Position numbers and translations under genes: made by a program. Below, piece after piece: positions 50,898 through 64,000 of a DNA stretch of 64,000 nt (position 1 is the stretch's first letter; the number at the start of each line of letters is the position of its first letter). Under the pieces are notes generated by a model, which saw only the letters and a list, made by a program, of their open reading frames with translations, had not been told where the DNA came from and ran no database searches. The stretch lies in the NCBI GenBank assembly GCA_030390025.1, contig CM059431.1, forward strand, positions 108,006,001-108,070,000, written 5' to 3'. The stretch is from Squalus acanthias (taxonomy: Eukaryota).

Positions 50898-52179
50898 TTG
50901 AATCTTTCCTGACTTACCAAATATCTCCGCAACATCGCTTCATTTTACCAAAAGATTAAATTAGCTTTATTATTAAGAACATCCCTCCAAACTTGAACAA
51001 GCCCTTCCAGAACTCGCCCTATTCATATTAATTAATTTTCCCGACAATGGCAGAATTCAAAAACATAGATCAATAAAAAAATGTAGCAAATATAATACAT
51101 TACAAAATATAAAAACTCATTCCAAGTCATTCCTCTCCACCCCCGTCCTTCCCCACTCGATTTCATCTCAGCCGTCATCTGTGATTGCCCTTCCAGCTGT
51201 ACTTGCCGACTGTAGGATTCCAACTACTCCATAGAATGTATAATTTTTGTTTGTAAAGTTCTCTCAGCAAAAGTTGAAGACTTCATGCTTTATCTTGTTA
51301 CTGAGGTATTATAAAACAAGAACAAAAATCTGGTTATTTTCACTGCTCCTGAAAGTGTTTTCCCTGGGGTGTTCTGCCCACAGTCATTCTCCATCAGTAC
51401 ACAGGAGTGAAGGAGTAAGCAGGCCTTACAAACACAATACTGACACGTTGCTGCTTGTGCGCAAATTGGCTGCCATGTTTCCCCTACACGTCAAAAGTAT
51501 TCCATTAGCTGCAATACACTTTAGGACATCCTGAGGTGGTGAAAGAAGCTATCTAGTTCTTTCATTCTTTTAACTAAATTGACTGTCTAGAGATCAACAG
51601 AGGGATACTAGGAAGGCCTGAATGTACTGCGTGCCCAGTCCTGGAAATGTATGAGGCAATTCGGGGCACTAATTGGTGTTTCAAGATGATTATAGGAATT
51701 TGTAAGCTAAATAGAGAGAAACTATTTCCTCTGGTGTGAGAGTCCAGAGCAAGGGGCATTACCTTAAAATTAGAGCTAGGTAGTTTGGGGTGATGTCAGG
51801 AGGCACTTCTTCACACAAGTGTAGTGGGAATTTCTCCCCCAAAAAGCTGTTGAGGTTTGGTCAATTGAAAAGATTTATTTTTTCTTACTGGCTCCCCCCG
51901 CCCCCGCACCCCAAACCTCCCGCCCCCAGGCGATCAGAATGTCGAGTGGTCAAACCACTGTTTTTACAGACAGGCAGACATTGTTCAATCTTCAGTATAC
52001 AACTACTCACTGAGCTTTATTTAAATTCTCATCTTTGAAGACTAATAATTTAACTTTTTTCTGGGGGTGTCATTCTGTTTAGGACCTTAAGCTACTGAGA
52101 TCCAGAACCCTTGAAGGACATTGTAAAAGCAATCACTAAACTGAGCAGTTTGTCTTTGAAAGCCTTCCCTTGCTCATTG

Positions 52180-52523
52180 CATGCAGGGAGGATGTTTCCC
52201 CCCCGTGGGGGAATCTAGAACGAGGGGGCACAGTTTCGGGATAAGGGGTCGCCCATTTAAAATGAAGATGAGTAGGAATTTCTTCTCTCAGAGGGTCGTG
52301 AATCTTTGGAATTCTCTACCCCAGAGAGCTGTGGAGGCTGAATCATTGAATATATTCAAGGTGGAGCTAGACAGATATTTGAGCTACAGGGGAGTCGAGG
52401 GTTATGGGGAGCGGGCGGGGAAAGTGAAGTTGAGGGCAAGGTCAGATCAGCCATGATCTTATTGAATGGCGGGGCAGGCTCGAGGGGCCGAATGGCCTAC
52501 TCCTGCTCCTATTTCTTATGTTC
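52180..52523 (+). mobile_element. CR1 3' fragment
   Basis: SRTRGHSFGIRGRPF...RNFFSQRVVNLWNSLP plus UTR. Confidence 0.85.
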
Positions 52524-53609
52524 AATGTTACAGGGTGTGACATTTAGACTTGGGCAGATTAAAATACTCCAAATCAACGTTCCCTGTACGCTGCGCTTTG
52601 TTCTGCGCGGCCTGTTTCTTTCAATGCGCGGTCCCTTTAAATTTCTGCGCATTTGCGGTATTCACAATGTAAAAGCCGGTGAGCGGCCTGCGCGGGACCT
52701 TGCAGAGTACCGCGTGCATGTACCTCAGCGCAAACCTTGCTCCAAGTGCTGGACAACAACCGTTCAAATAACTATTAAATAAACATGAACCAATGGTGAT
52801 TTGGTGGCTGAGGTTTAACAAAGACCAAATATTTACATTACACCCTTGACTGGCACTGAGAGGGGGGTGTTCCAGATCCTTAGGCGGCTCAGTTTTAATT
52901 GATCGATCCATAAAGAATTAAATTATATTACAAACAAATTTGACCTTTCAGGGACAAATTAGCTTTGAGCAAAATGGTTTCTGATTGCTGGGCTCCTGAT
53001 CAATTCTCAATGTGGGATTCCAAATATCAACTGAATCTATCTCAACTAACTCCTGAAGGTCATTGTGAGGAGCATTATTCTATCTGAGTGATGGAGATAA
53101 AGCTCGCAGCTATTTTTTTCAATACGAGGCACACACTTACTTACATATCACATTCCATTGATTTCCACAGCACAATTTTACTATGTCATCTGTGTCAGTG
53201 ATTGAAGTGTACTGGCAGTAAGAATATAATATTCCGTACAACTTCTGAACTTTTATTGACCTGTTGTGAATGTGCTGGTAATCACAACTATGCTGTTTAT
53301 GCATGATCATTAAATATGTTTAAGTTTCCGAAGCAGATTATGATAATCTTTATATTTTGTGGTAAATAGCCCAGCGATATGGTCCAAAACAAATCCTTAT
53401 AAATCTTTGGAACACTTTTCCTTCATGTTATACGATGTTTCCCACTTGTAAGTACTTTTATTAAAAAGATTGCACCAGTTTCCTAACCACTGCATGATTA
53501 TATTCCGCTATGCAACCTATTTTCCACGGGAAGATTTAAAACTTTCCCTGCTTATGGAATCAGTTCTCTCTACAGCCATTGGAGTGAATCGGGATGGATC
53601 AGTCCCTGC

Positions 53610-55515
53610 CAACACTACTATTCCAGTCTCCCCATTTCTCCGTCTCTACCGCATCTGTTCTGACAATGCTACCTTCCATATCAATGCATCTGATATGTCT
53701 TCCTTTTTTCTTAACTGAGGATACCCCTCCACCATGTTTGGCAGGTCCCTCGACCGTGTCTGTTCCATTTCCTGTACTTCTGCCCTCACCCTTTCCCCTC
53801 CCTTCCAGAACCATGATAGGGTTCCCCTTGTCCTCACATTCCACCCCACCAGCCTTCACATTCAATGGATCATCCTCCACCATTTCCGCCACCTCCAGCG
53901 TGATCCCACCAGCAAACATATCTTCTCCCCTTTCAGCATTCTGAAGGGACCGTTCCCTCCGTGACACCCTGCCCCCCTTCCCATGCAAGCGCAGGAGATG
54001 CAACACCTGTCCTTTTACCTCCTCCCTTCCCACCGTCCAGGGCCCCAAACACTCCTTCCAAGTGAAACAACGATTTACTTGTACTTCTTTCGATGTAGTA
54101 TGCTGTATTCGCTGCTCACGATGCGGTCTCCTCTTCATTGGGGAGACCAAACGCAGATTGGGCGACCGCTTTACAGAACACCTCCGTTCAGTCCACAAGT
54201 ATGACCCGAAGCTTCCGGTCGCCTGTCAGTTTAATTCTCTGCTCCACTCACACTCTGATCTCACTGTCCTCGGCTTCCTACACAGTTCCAATGAAGTTCA
54301 ATGTAAGCTCGAGGAACAGCACCTCATCTACGATTAGGCGTTTTACAGCCTTGCGGACTTATCGGCCCTGAAATTCGCCTCTCCGGCTTGCCGCGGGGGT
54401 AAGGATCGCGCGCGCACTTACCTACCGCGCCTGCCATTGTGTTTTGGGCCCACGGGAACTTCAGCTCCTGGGCCTGCTCCAACTGCCGGCGCGCAGTGCT
54501 TGCGTGTCCCAGGGACGCAGTTAGTGCGATGCGTCCCCTGGGATCACGTGGGCTATGGAGAGCCAATGGCAGCAGACCATCTTTCATTCATAGATTTGAC
54601 CGGAAGACCTGTCAAATCTATGAATTGAAATTGGCCCCAAAAGAACAGCTAAACTTCAAATAAATTTTTTTTAAAAACCATCACATTTATAAAATAACTA
54701 TAGTTAAATAAATTAACTACTTTAAACAAAAATTGAAATTTTTGAAAAAATTAAAATACTTTTTAAAAGTGATAAAAATAAACTTACCTTTCTTTAAAGT
54801 ATCTAAAAAAGATAAATCTGTTGAAAAAATGTTTTAATTATACTTAATTAACCACTTACCTTGTTGAAAACAGCTCCTGCGCCTCCTTTTTATAAGCATA
54901 GGTTCTTCCGTACTTACCCTCCCGTAGAAACCTGAAAAAAAATCTAAGTTTGCTGCATGCACGCAGCCACTACCGCGCACGTGGTTCACCTAGGAAGCGC
55001 CCCCTTCACCAAACCGGAAGTTCCGGTTTCCCGCGCATGCGCAGTGCATGCAGGAAACCGGCACTTCGGGACGCCTTACGGGTGAGTACGCACTGTGTAC
55101 TCACCCGGGAAGGGCCGAATTTTTGGCCCAACATTAAGTTCAACAATTTCAGACCATAACCTCTGCCCCCATTTTTTCACACGGCAACTGTTGATGATTC
55201 TACTATTCCCATTTACACCTCTTCTAGACCCATCTTTTGTTTCTTTACCTGTCCCATTATCATCTCCTTTTGCCTTGTGTTATCATTCCTTTTGTCATTT
55301 AATCTCTCCTGCCTTCCACCCTATCACAGACCTTCCCTTTTGTTCTTTCGTCCCCTCCACCCCGTCCCTGCCTCTGAACTTACTGAAAACCTGTTACATC
55401 TGTAACATTTTTCAGTTCTGATGAAGAGTCATCAACCTGAACCATTAACTCTCTTTCTCTCTCCACAGATGTTGCCCGATCTGCTGAGTATACCCAGCAT
55501 TTTCTGGTGTTATTT
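53610..55515 (+). mobile_element. Penelope-like retroelement fragment with GIY-YIG endonuclease remnant, interrupted by MITE A
   Basis: QRFTCTSFDVVCCIRCSRCGLLFIGETKRRLGDRFTEHLRSV...KLEEQHLI; sequence resumes after 55129. Confidence 0.88.
54364..55129 (+). mobile_element. MITE family A, copy 3 (more diverged)
   Basis: TIR ggccctgaaattcg / cgaatttttggccc; flanks atc/aac. Confidence 0.9.
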
Positions 55516-55919
55516 TTGTACTTTACCTTAACCCTGTTAGCTCTTCGATTCTACTCCTCTCAAGCCAATCCTCTTTACTTATTCCCTGTCCACTCCAATA
55601 TTCAGCACAAAGGTGATTTAAAGCATTGTTATTCCCTTGGTGAAAATGTCTGTAACGTGGGTCAATGAGACTTGTTCAGGCATTGGCTAAATCAGATTCA
55701 ACCGTGACTTACTGCCCAACAATTCTACAGCCTGACCTGCACTGTGGGTGGCTCTTCCTCCCTAGTCAGGTGCTTAAATGTGACTGCTGTAGCCTGAAGA
55801 GATGCGGGAAGCCATGCCCTTCACTTATTTAAGTGTGATGGACTGCAAAATTGAGATAGTAGCTGCACCTAAGCTCATGTCTTAATCGTGGTGTATTAAC
55901 ATTGCCATTAATTCCAAAT

Positions 55920-56334
55920 AAAAGAAAGACTTGCATTTATACAGCGCCTTTCACGACCACCAAACGTCCCAAAGTGTTTTACAGCCAATGAGGTATTTTT
56001 GAAGTGTAGTCACTGTTGTAATGTAGGAAATGCGGCAGCCAATTTGAGCACAGCAAGCTCCCACAAACAGCAATGAGATAATGACCAGATAATCTGTTTT
56101 AGTGATGTTGATTGAGGGATAAATATTGGCCAGGACACTGGGGAGAACTCCCCTGCTCTTCTTCGAAAGATCCTTTACGTCCTCCTGAGAGAGCAGACGG
56201 GGCCTTGGTTTAACGTCTCAGCTGAAAGACGGCACCTCCGACAGTGCGGCACTCCCTCAGTTGTACATTATTGTGTACTGGAGTGTCAGCCTAGATTTCT
56301 GTACTCATGTCTCTGGAGTGGGACTTGAACCCAC

Positions 56335-56376
<42 letters not shown>

Positions 56377-56385
56377 GGCTGACAC
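55920..56385 (-). mobile_element. Full-length DeuSINE
   Basis: Reverse complement of 43728-44199. Confidence 0.88.
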
Positions 56386-57317
56386 TATATCAAATAAGAT
56401 CAGACCCAGCTTTATTCCTCTCGTGTAATGTAATGTTGAACATACCTTAAATAATACTGTTATGTTAGAATACAAATATGCTTTTTTGGATACAAGGGTA
56501 AATTCGGCAATCCCACAGGGAGCCATATTCAAAGGTAGCCGAGGTTGGAGATGGGGCTACAACACTCCAGGCAGATTTTCCTGTTCCTAAGCTTTGGGCT
56601 AATGGATCGTTAGGGCACAGCAAATACAAGAGAACCAGGCAGCGAGGAGGCCAAACCCCTTAAGAAGCCAAACCAATTTTCTGTCCACTCAATTAAGTGG
56701 TGGTGGGGGGTGGAAATCAGCATGACTCTCTTACAAACCTGCACTCCTCCCCACCCAATTTTGCTTTACATTACCCAGACAATCCAATGGCCCCAGGTGC
56801 ACAAACAGGAAGATCAGTCCCTGTAGCACTGATTCTCTGCTTCGCACTGCCGATGTGCTAATTGATTTATCTGATGGAAATGATGTACAACTATCACTTC
56901 TAATATAAATGGATATTCTAAAATTGCTTGGTCAATTAGCTGCAATCTTTCTGGAATTACGGTTATTACAGAATTAGTAAAATGAAGTGGCATTGGATCA
57001 AAAAAAATGTAATAGTCAGAATTCTGTTAGAATGTGCCTTATGTACAAATGTAACTATAAGCTAAAGGAATTGTAACAGCCATCTTGTCTGATAGCACTG
57101 TTCAGGAGGAATACTCACTGAATATATTCATGAGTTCTGTTCTTTTTAATAATTCAGCATAATTACAAATGTGAAGTTGATGTGCCTGTAGCTGCAGTAT
57201 CTATAGCAATCAGTCTTCTCTATTTGAAGTCAAATTTTGACTTAGAAGTAAGTCTGAAGCAAGACTATTTTACCAAATGAAATTCTGCAATCAGCTTCCA
57301 TTTCATTTGCAAGAAAG

Positions 57318-57660
57318 AAAAAAGAGTCTTGCTTTGATGTCGCGCGATTCACAACCTCAGGACATCCCAAAGTGCATGAACAGCCAATTAAGTACTCACT
57401 GTTGTAATGTAGGGAAATGTGGCAGCCAATTTGCACACAGCAAGCTCCCACAAACAACAATGAGATAATGAACAGATAATCTGTTTCAGTGATGTTGGTT
57501 GATGGATAAATATTGGCCCAGGACACTGGGGAGAACTCCTCTGCTCTTCTTTGAAAAGTGCCATGGGATCTTTTACATCCACCTGAGAGGGCAGATGAGA
57601 CCTTGGTTTAACGTCTCATCTGAAAGATGGCACCTCTGACAGTGCAGCACTCCCTCAGTA
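57318..57660 (-). mobile_element. DeuSINE, 5'-truncated
   Basis: Reverse complement of SINE body. Confidence 0.82.
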
Positions 57661-57815
57661 CAAGGACCAAGAAGATAGAACTGAGGAAGAACCACAGATG
57701 ATAAAAGAAAGTTTCCCCCGCCTCTAAATTCTTCCCTCCTTTTCCAAAAGTACTGACTCTTATCGGTACCATTGCCAGAGTGCCAGTATCCCTCTGATAA
57801 CTTGCACAAGTGACT

Positions 57816-59904
57816 ATTAAAAGGGAAATTAGAGAAGCGTGCAATAAGAACACAGCAGTTATCATGGGCGACTTTAATCTACATATAGATTGGGCTAACC
57901 AAATTAGTAACAATACTGTGGAGGAGGAATTCCTGGAGTGTATACGGGATGGTTTCCTGGACCAATATGTCGAGGAACCAACTAGAGATCAGGCCATCTT
58001 AGACTGGGTATTAAGTAATGAGAAAGGATTAATTAGCAATCTTGTTGTGCGAGGCCCCTTGGGCAGGAGCGATCATAATATGATCGAATTCTTCATTAAG
58101 ATGGAGAGTGAAGTAGTTGACTCAGAGACTAGGGTCCTGAATTTAAATAAAGGAAACCACGATGGTATGAGGCGCGAGTTGGGTAGGATTGATTGGGGAA
58201 TGTCACTCAAAGGGTTGACGGTGGAGAGGCAATGGCAAGCATTCAAAGATTGCATGAATGAACTACAGAATTTGTTCATCCCAGTTTGGCATAAAAATAA
58301 AACAAAAAAGGTCACTCAACTGTGGCTAAGAAAGGAAATTAGGGATAGCATAAGATCCAAGGAAAGGACATATAAATTGGCCAGAAAAAGCAGAAAACCT
58401 GAGGATTGGGAGCAGTATAGGATTCAGCAAAGAAGGACAAAGGGATTAATTAAGAGGGGGAAAATAGAGTATGAGAGTAAGCTTGCGAGGAACATAAAAA
58501 CTGACTGTAAAAGCTTTTATAGATATGTGAAGAGAAAAAGATTGGTGAAGTCAAGCGTAGGTCCCTTGCAGTCAGAATCAGGGGAATTTATAATGGGGAA
58601 CAAATAAATGGCAGACCAATTAAATACATACTTTGGTTCTGTCTTCACAAAGGAGGACACAAATAACCTCCCAGAGATGTCGGGGAACATAGGGTCTAAT
58701 GAGAAGGAGGAACTGGAAGAAATCAGTATTTGTAGGGAAATAGTGTTAGGGAAATTGACGGGATTGAAGGCCGATAAATCCCCAGGGCCTGATAATCTAC
58801 AACCTAGGGTACTTAAGGAAGTGGCCAAAGAAATAGTAGATGCATTGCTGGTCATCTTCCAAAATTCTATAGACTCTGGAACAGTACCCATGGATTGGAG
58901 GGTAGCTGATGTTACCCCACTATTCAAAAAAGGTGGTAGAGAGAAAACGGGGAATTATAGACCAGTAAGCCTGACATCGGTAGTGGGGAAAATGCTAGAG
59001 TCCATTATAAAAGATGTAATGGCAGAGCACTTGGAAAACAGTGACAGGATCGGACAAAGTCAACATGGATTTACAAAAGGCAAATCGTGCTTGACTAATC
59101 TACTGGAATTTTTTTGAGGATGTAACTGGTAAAATGGATAAGGGAGAACCAGTGGATGTGGTGTATTTGGACTTTCAGAAGGCTTTCGATAAGGTCCCGC
59201 ATAAGAGATTAGCGTGTAAAGTTAAGGCACATGGGATTGGGGGCAAGGTATTGACTTGGATAGAGAACTGGTTGGCAGACAGAAAGCAAAGAGTTGGAAT
59301 AAATGGGTCTTTTTCCGAGTGGCAGGTGGTGACTAGTGGGGTACCGCAGGGATCGGTCCTAGGATCCCAGCTATTCACAATATATATTAATGATCTGGAC
59401 GATGGAATTGGAAGTAATATCTCCAAGTTTGCAGACGACACAAAGCTGGGTGGGAGTGTGTGCCGTGAGGAGGATGCCGAGAAACTCCAGTATGATTTGG
59501 ACAGGTTGGGGGATTGGGCAGAAGCATGGCAGATGCAATATAATGTGGATAAATGCGAGGTTATCCACTTTGGTGTCAAAAACAGGAAGGCAGATTATTA
59601 TCTGAATGGCAATAGATTGGGAGAAGGGGAAGTGCAACAAGACCTGGGTGTCCTTGTGCACCAATCGCTGAAGGTAAGCATGCAGGTGCAGCAGGCGGTT
59701 AAGAAGGCAAATGGTATGTTGGCCTTCGTAGCGAAAGGGTTCGAGTACAGGAACAAGGATGTCTTGCTACAGTTGTACAGGGCCTTGGTGAGACCACATC
59801 TTGAGTATTGTGTGCAGTTTTGGTCGCCTTATCTGAGGAAGGATGTTCTTGCCATGGAGGGAGTGCAGCGAAGATTCACCAGGCTGATACCTGGGATGGC
59901 AGGA
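57816..59904 (+). mobile_element. CR1 LINE ORF2 (APE endonuclease C-terminus plus RT), truncated at both ends
   Basis: MGDFN, ILDWVL, SDHN, KSPGPD, NYRPVSLTS, QHGF, YLDFQKAFDKV, GVPQGSVLG, KFADDTK; one stop (58605-58607) and one frameshift near 59110. Confidence 0.95.
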
Positions 59905-60614
59905 ATGGTCTTCCCCTCACTAGCGCAGAACAGCAAAGCCAATTGCTCGCGATTGCAGATTCCAGCTACCTCAGCACAGGCTGACATTCAAACCTAGTAA
60001 CCCTGTAAGCCTCAGTACCACACCAGGAATGATGCATTAGGGGAGCTAAAGAAAGATACCTTTCCCTGGCATGGGTAGTTGCATTGCAATTACAATATTT
60101 TACATTTCAATATTGTCAAAATTCCAGAGTAACTTTCTCTGCAAGGTAGTACTTTAGGAACCCTTTAAAATATGTATGACCGATAATGTTTAGTATGTTT
60201 CTTTAACATTATTTTTGGAAAAATGATCCACAGAAGTCTCGCGGTGGACACAGCAGTTGGCATTTTGATGTACTGTGCCACCGATTCATACAATATGCAT
60301 GAGAGTTCTCTCACAATGGAATAGGAACTTCGATCAGCACGAAGCAAAACAAGTGAAGTTCTATCACTTTTTAGTTGTGTTTGCTTAGTTAAACTTGGCA
60401 AATGCAGGCACTTCACTCCCAGTTAGCCTCTATTCAGTCATTTTGTTAGGAGATTGGAGATCCAGGATCCCTTTATGAAGAAAGTAGGGGCGGGGGTTAG
60501 GGTTACGAGTCAGGCACCCCAAGATGCTTTACTACACATCAGATAGGAAAAGCCATAGAAGCATTGCGATGAGGCTGTGTGCCTACCCAGTAGTAAAATG
60601 TAATAATTCAACCA

Positions 60615-61100
60615 GAGGAGGTGCAGCGCAGATTCACCAGAATGATACCGGGGCTAAAAGGGTTAAATTACGAGGACAGGTTGCACAGACTGGGCTTGTA
60701 TTCCCTCGAGTATAGAAGATTAAGGGGTGATCTAATTGAGGTGTTTAAGATGAGTTGACAGGGTAGAGAGAAACTATTTCCCCTGGTGGGTGGGGGAGCC
60801 CAGAACAAGGGGGCATTAACCTTAACGTTAGAGCCAGGCCATTCAGGGGTGATGTCAGGAAGCACTTCTTCACACAAAAGGTAGTGGAAATCTGGAACTC
60901 CCTCCCCCAACAAGCTATTGAGGCTGGGGGTCAATTGAAAATGTCAAAACTGAGATTGATAGATTTTTATTAGGCAAGGGTATTAAAGGTTACGGAACCA
61001 AGGCAGGTAGATGGAGATGAGATACAGATCAGCCGAGATCTAACTGAACGGCGGAACAGGCTGAATGGTCCACTCCTGTTCCTATGCTATTTCCTATGTT
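60615..61100 (+). mobile_element. CR1 3' fragment
   Basis: VQRRFTRMIPGLKGLNYEDRL...RRLRGDLIEVFK...HFFTQKVVEIWNSLP. Confidence 0.85.
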
Positions 61101-62021
61101 CCTACCTTCTCTGCCAGGGAATGATGCAGGATTGGGAATGAATTGAATAAAATAAAATAACTGAAGGCTGTATGTTAATGTGGGGTCATGGAGCACTATC
61201 AGGTGGTATATTGGAAGTGGGAAGGGGGGGCGGGGGTGTGTCAGGGACTTATGCAAATAATCCTCTACCTGTTGAGGATCTGACTTTACCTGTATTACAA
61301 GGAATTTTACACCTAGGGTTTCCCTGAAGAAAGCGATGGACATTGAAAAGCTGAGCAAATGATGAGCTGCTATCATGCATAATAGCGACTGATTCAGTGT
61401 GCCATTGGCAGAGAACTGGAATCAGATCCTCTCCCTGCCTCGTGATGCTGGAAGATGCTGGAGGAGGGAATAAAACAAGTCTTACTGTCAATTAATAGTT
61501 TGAATACAAGGACAAAGTAAAAACAATACCAATTGAGTGACATATAACTTGTACCCAAATTTGCAGTGACTTTGCACACCATCTTATTTCAAACATACTG
61601 ATCATATTGCACTTAACCTGATTTGCGCTGTAACAATACTTTTTTGATTAATCTCCTTTCCGAGCTAGGTTTCATATTACCCAATTCTTCTCTTTCTTAC
61701 TGTCCTGGGCTTCATTAGTTCTTTACTGTCTTCAATCTTGTTCATTTATCAGATAGAACTTCAACACACCTTTTAGAGGGTTTTTGGGGGTAGTTCATCA
61801 ATCACAGTATGATACTCAATACGCTGCTTACATAATTTACAATGAATTCAATACAGAATCCTTCCTTGGTGCTACAGAATGCTAAAAACGTCAAAGTATA
61901 ACTACTCACTGCAAAGAGGCACTGGATCGGAGAAGTTCTGGCCCTGAAATCATGCCATGGATTACTTGCTTTACACTTGTTCATCTCAAAAGAAAGCTTT
62001 TCACTATTTCGGAGAAAAAAT

Positions 62022-62744
62022 GGCCCGGAGTTTCCGCTCGATTGTGCTGGGGGGGGGGTTTCTGGCGCAATTCAGCTGAAGTCGGCATAGTCGGCACAAA
62101 AGATCGCAGAATTTTATGTGTGAATTACGTCCAGCGCAAATTGAGTATCCGCGATCTTTGCCGCTAGTTTAAAAAACATCGCGCTGGAAGCAGGCCGCCC
62201 TCCCCGAGGGTGAATTAATCACCATTGGGAGTTTCCGTTAATTGGGCTCGTTTGCGGCCCTTTGAGGAGGCTCCAAAATTTTGGATGCAAGGACACCAGT
62301 AGGCACGTTTTAAAAGCTTTTGAATATATATATATTTTTTCATTTACAAAGAAACTGACTACTGTACACCAATCTAACTCTAAAAAAAAATTCAAAACTA
62401 TTTTCAAGTAATTTTCAGTCATTTAAAATTAGGTTACTCACAGGTAGTGGATTGACACTGTGATTTAAAATGCTTATTTTCTGTGATAAACCCATTTTCA
62501 GCTGTATTAATCAAACTGCACCGAATTACCACTCTTAATGTATCAAGGAATATATTTTAAAGCAACATTTTAAAATAAAAATACGTTTTAAAACGTTGCC
62601 CGATTGCGCTGGTTCATGGCAGATTTTGCATTCGCCGATATGCAAATGAGTTTGAGCGGAAATTCCGGGAAAAAAACACTTTTTGAAACGGGCGCAGTTT
62701 TGACCGCAATTTGCGCCCGAATCGCCAATTGCACCCTCTACCCC
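62022..62744 (+). mobile_element. MITE family C, copy 2
   Basis: Collinear with 32684-33419; flanks aat/att. Confidence 0.8.
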
Positions 62745-63548
62745 ATTAACCCTTTTAAAACAAATGGGGGGGTCACACTTCTAACATGGCAGGGAAAGAG
62801 ATTTCTAATGAATGTTTTTAAGTATATCCCAGGACATGGTTTTCGAGTCTTCCTGACCATTCACACAGAACAAGATAAAAAGACTGAAAGATTTGAAAGT
62901 CATTTTTCAATTATTTAGAACTAAGTACGGAGAAACTTATTGCAGCTTAACATGATGTCGTTGCTCTTGATGCTGACATGTCAATCAGAAAACTCTGGGG
63001 TAAATGTTTCATGATTCTGCTCGGAGCAGGACTGCGCCCAATGGGAGCATGGATCACTTAATTTGATGGACTGACCTCTGTGACGAGTTTAGTAATTAGT
63101 GTTCCTCGCGAGTGAGAATCTGTGCCAGGAGCAGCGTCTTCAAAGTTTAATTCACAGAGAATAATTGAAGCCCTACTGGAAGATGATGGTAATTAATACT
63201 TCATTTGTACTGCAGATCTACTTCTGCTTGACTATCTGTGGCTCCCAGTGTCATGGAGCCGAACGAATTTACATTAAGGGCAGATTGCGCAGCACTGGCA
63301 GCAACGGAGAAACAGCAATACAAGATTGCACATAGAATCATACAGCACAGAAGGAGGCCCATTGTGTCTGTGCCGGGTCATTGAAAGAGCTATCCAATTA
63401 GTCCCACTCCCCTGCTCTTTTCCTCATAACCCTGCAAATTTTTCCTTGCACAGTTGTTTAGAAGTAGAGATCAAGGATTTCATTCTCTTGTCACTCAATG
63501 GATCTTCAAGGCTGGAGAAGCTCCATATAGGTCAACAATACAAATCTA

Positions 63549-64000
63549 GGCCAGGATTTTCCGGGGGGTCAGCGGGCGGGATTGGTGGCGGGTCGGGACC
63601 CCGCGCCTTTCCCAATGTCGGGTCTGTCAGCGCTGAGCAGACCCGACACGCAGCGGTGGGGGACCCAATTAAGCTGATTATTGCTTTGTTGACAGATCAT
63701 TAATAATACATTTAACCTTACCTTTTCTCTTTAACTGCTCGCCCACGGGGGCCACGCTGCTCGGGGGTCACGTCTGTTAAGCTGAGGCGGGAGTTGAATG
63801 GTCATTGAATGAGCTAATTACTTGACAGCTTGAAATGTGCTATAACAGCTCCCACCTCACAGCTGTTCACTTTCCAAGAACCTGTTGCTTACTCCATTTG
63901 GAACACAGATTGAGCTTTATGCTGGCTGCAAGTGTTTGGAGCAAACTCTCTATCCAGTGTCACCTCATTGGAACAACCTTTCTCACCATTGATGGATCAC
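63549..64000. mobile_element. Harbinger-type element running off the window
   Basis: Starts ggccaggatttt; 63930-64000 resembles the reverse complement of 18470-18530. Confidence 0.55.

Overview
Eukaryotic, repeat-dense vertebrate DNA, most likely a cartilaginous fish (inferred from the DeuSINE-like, CR1, L2, Penelope and PIF/Harbinger repeat mix). The whole window appears to be inside a minus-strand kelch-like gene, best matching KLHL1: two coding exons (49299-49087 and 33852-33666) separated by a 15-kb intron. The rest is intron filled with transposons: a structurally complete but decayed two-gene Harbinger (DDE transposase plus spliced Myb/SANT gene), many Harbinger-type MITEs with 3-bp target duplications, CR1/L2 LINE pieces, SINEs and Penelope remnants with degenerate hammerhead-ribozyme motifs. 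The most unusual structure is a one-LTR endogenous retrovirus (about 22782-29659) flanked by a ~1.1-kb direct duplication of host DNA instead of a short TSD, with an env remnant lacking the gamma-type CX6CC motif. A MITE family carries hairpins, NRF1/ETS/CCAAT/E-box motifs and three splice donors in the KLHL1 sense direction. Most ORF-track entries are spurious. All family names come from recognition by eye; no searches were run.
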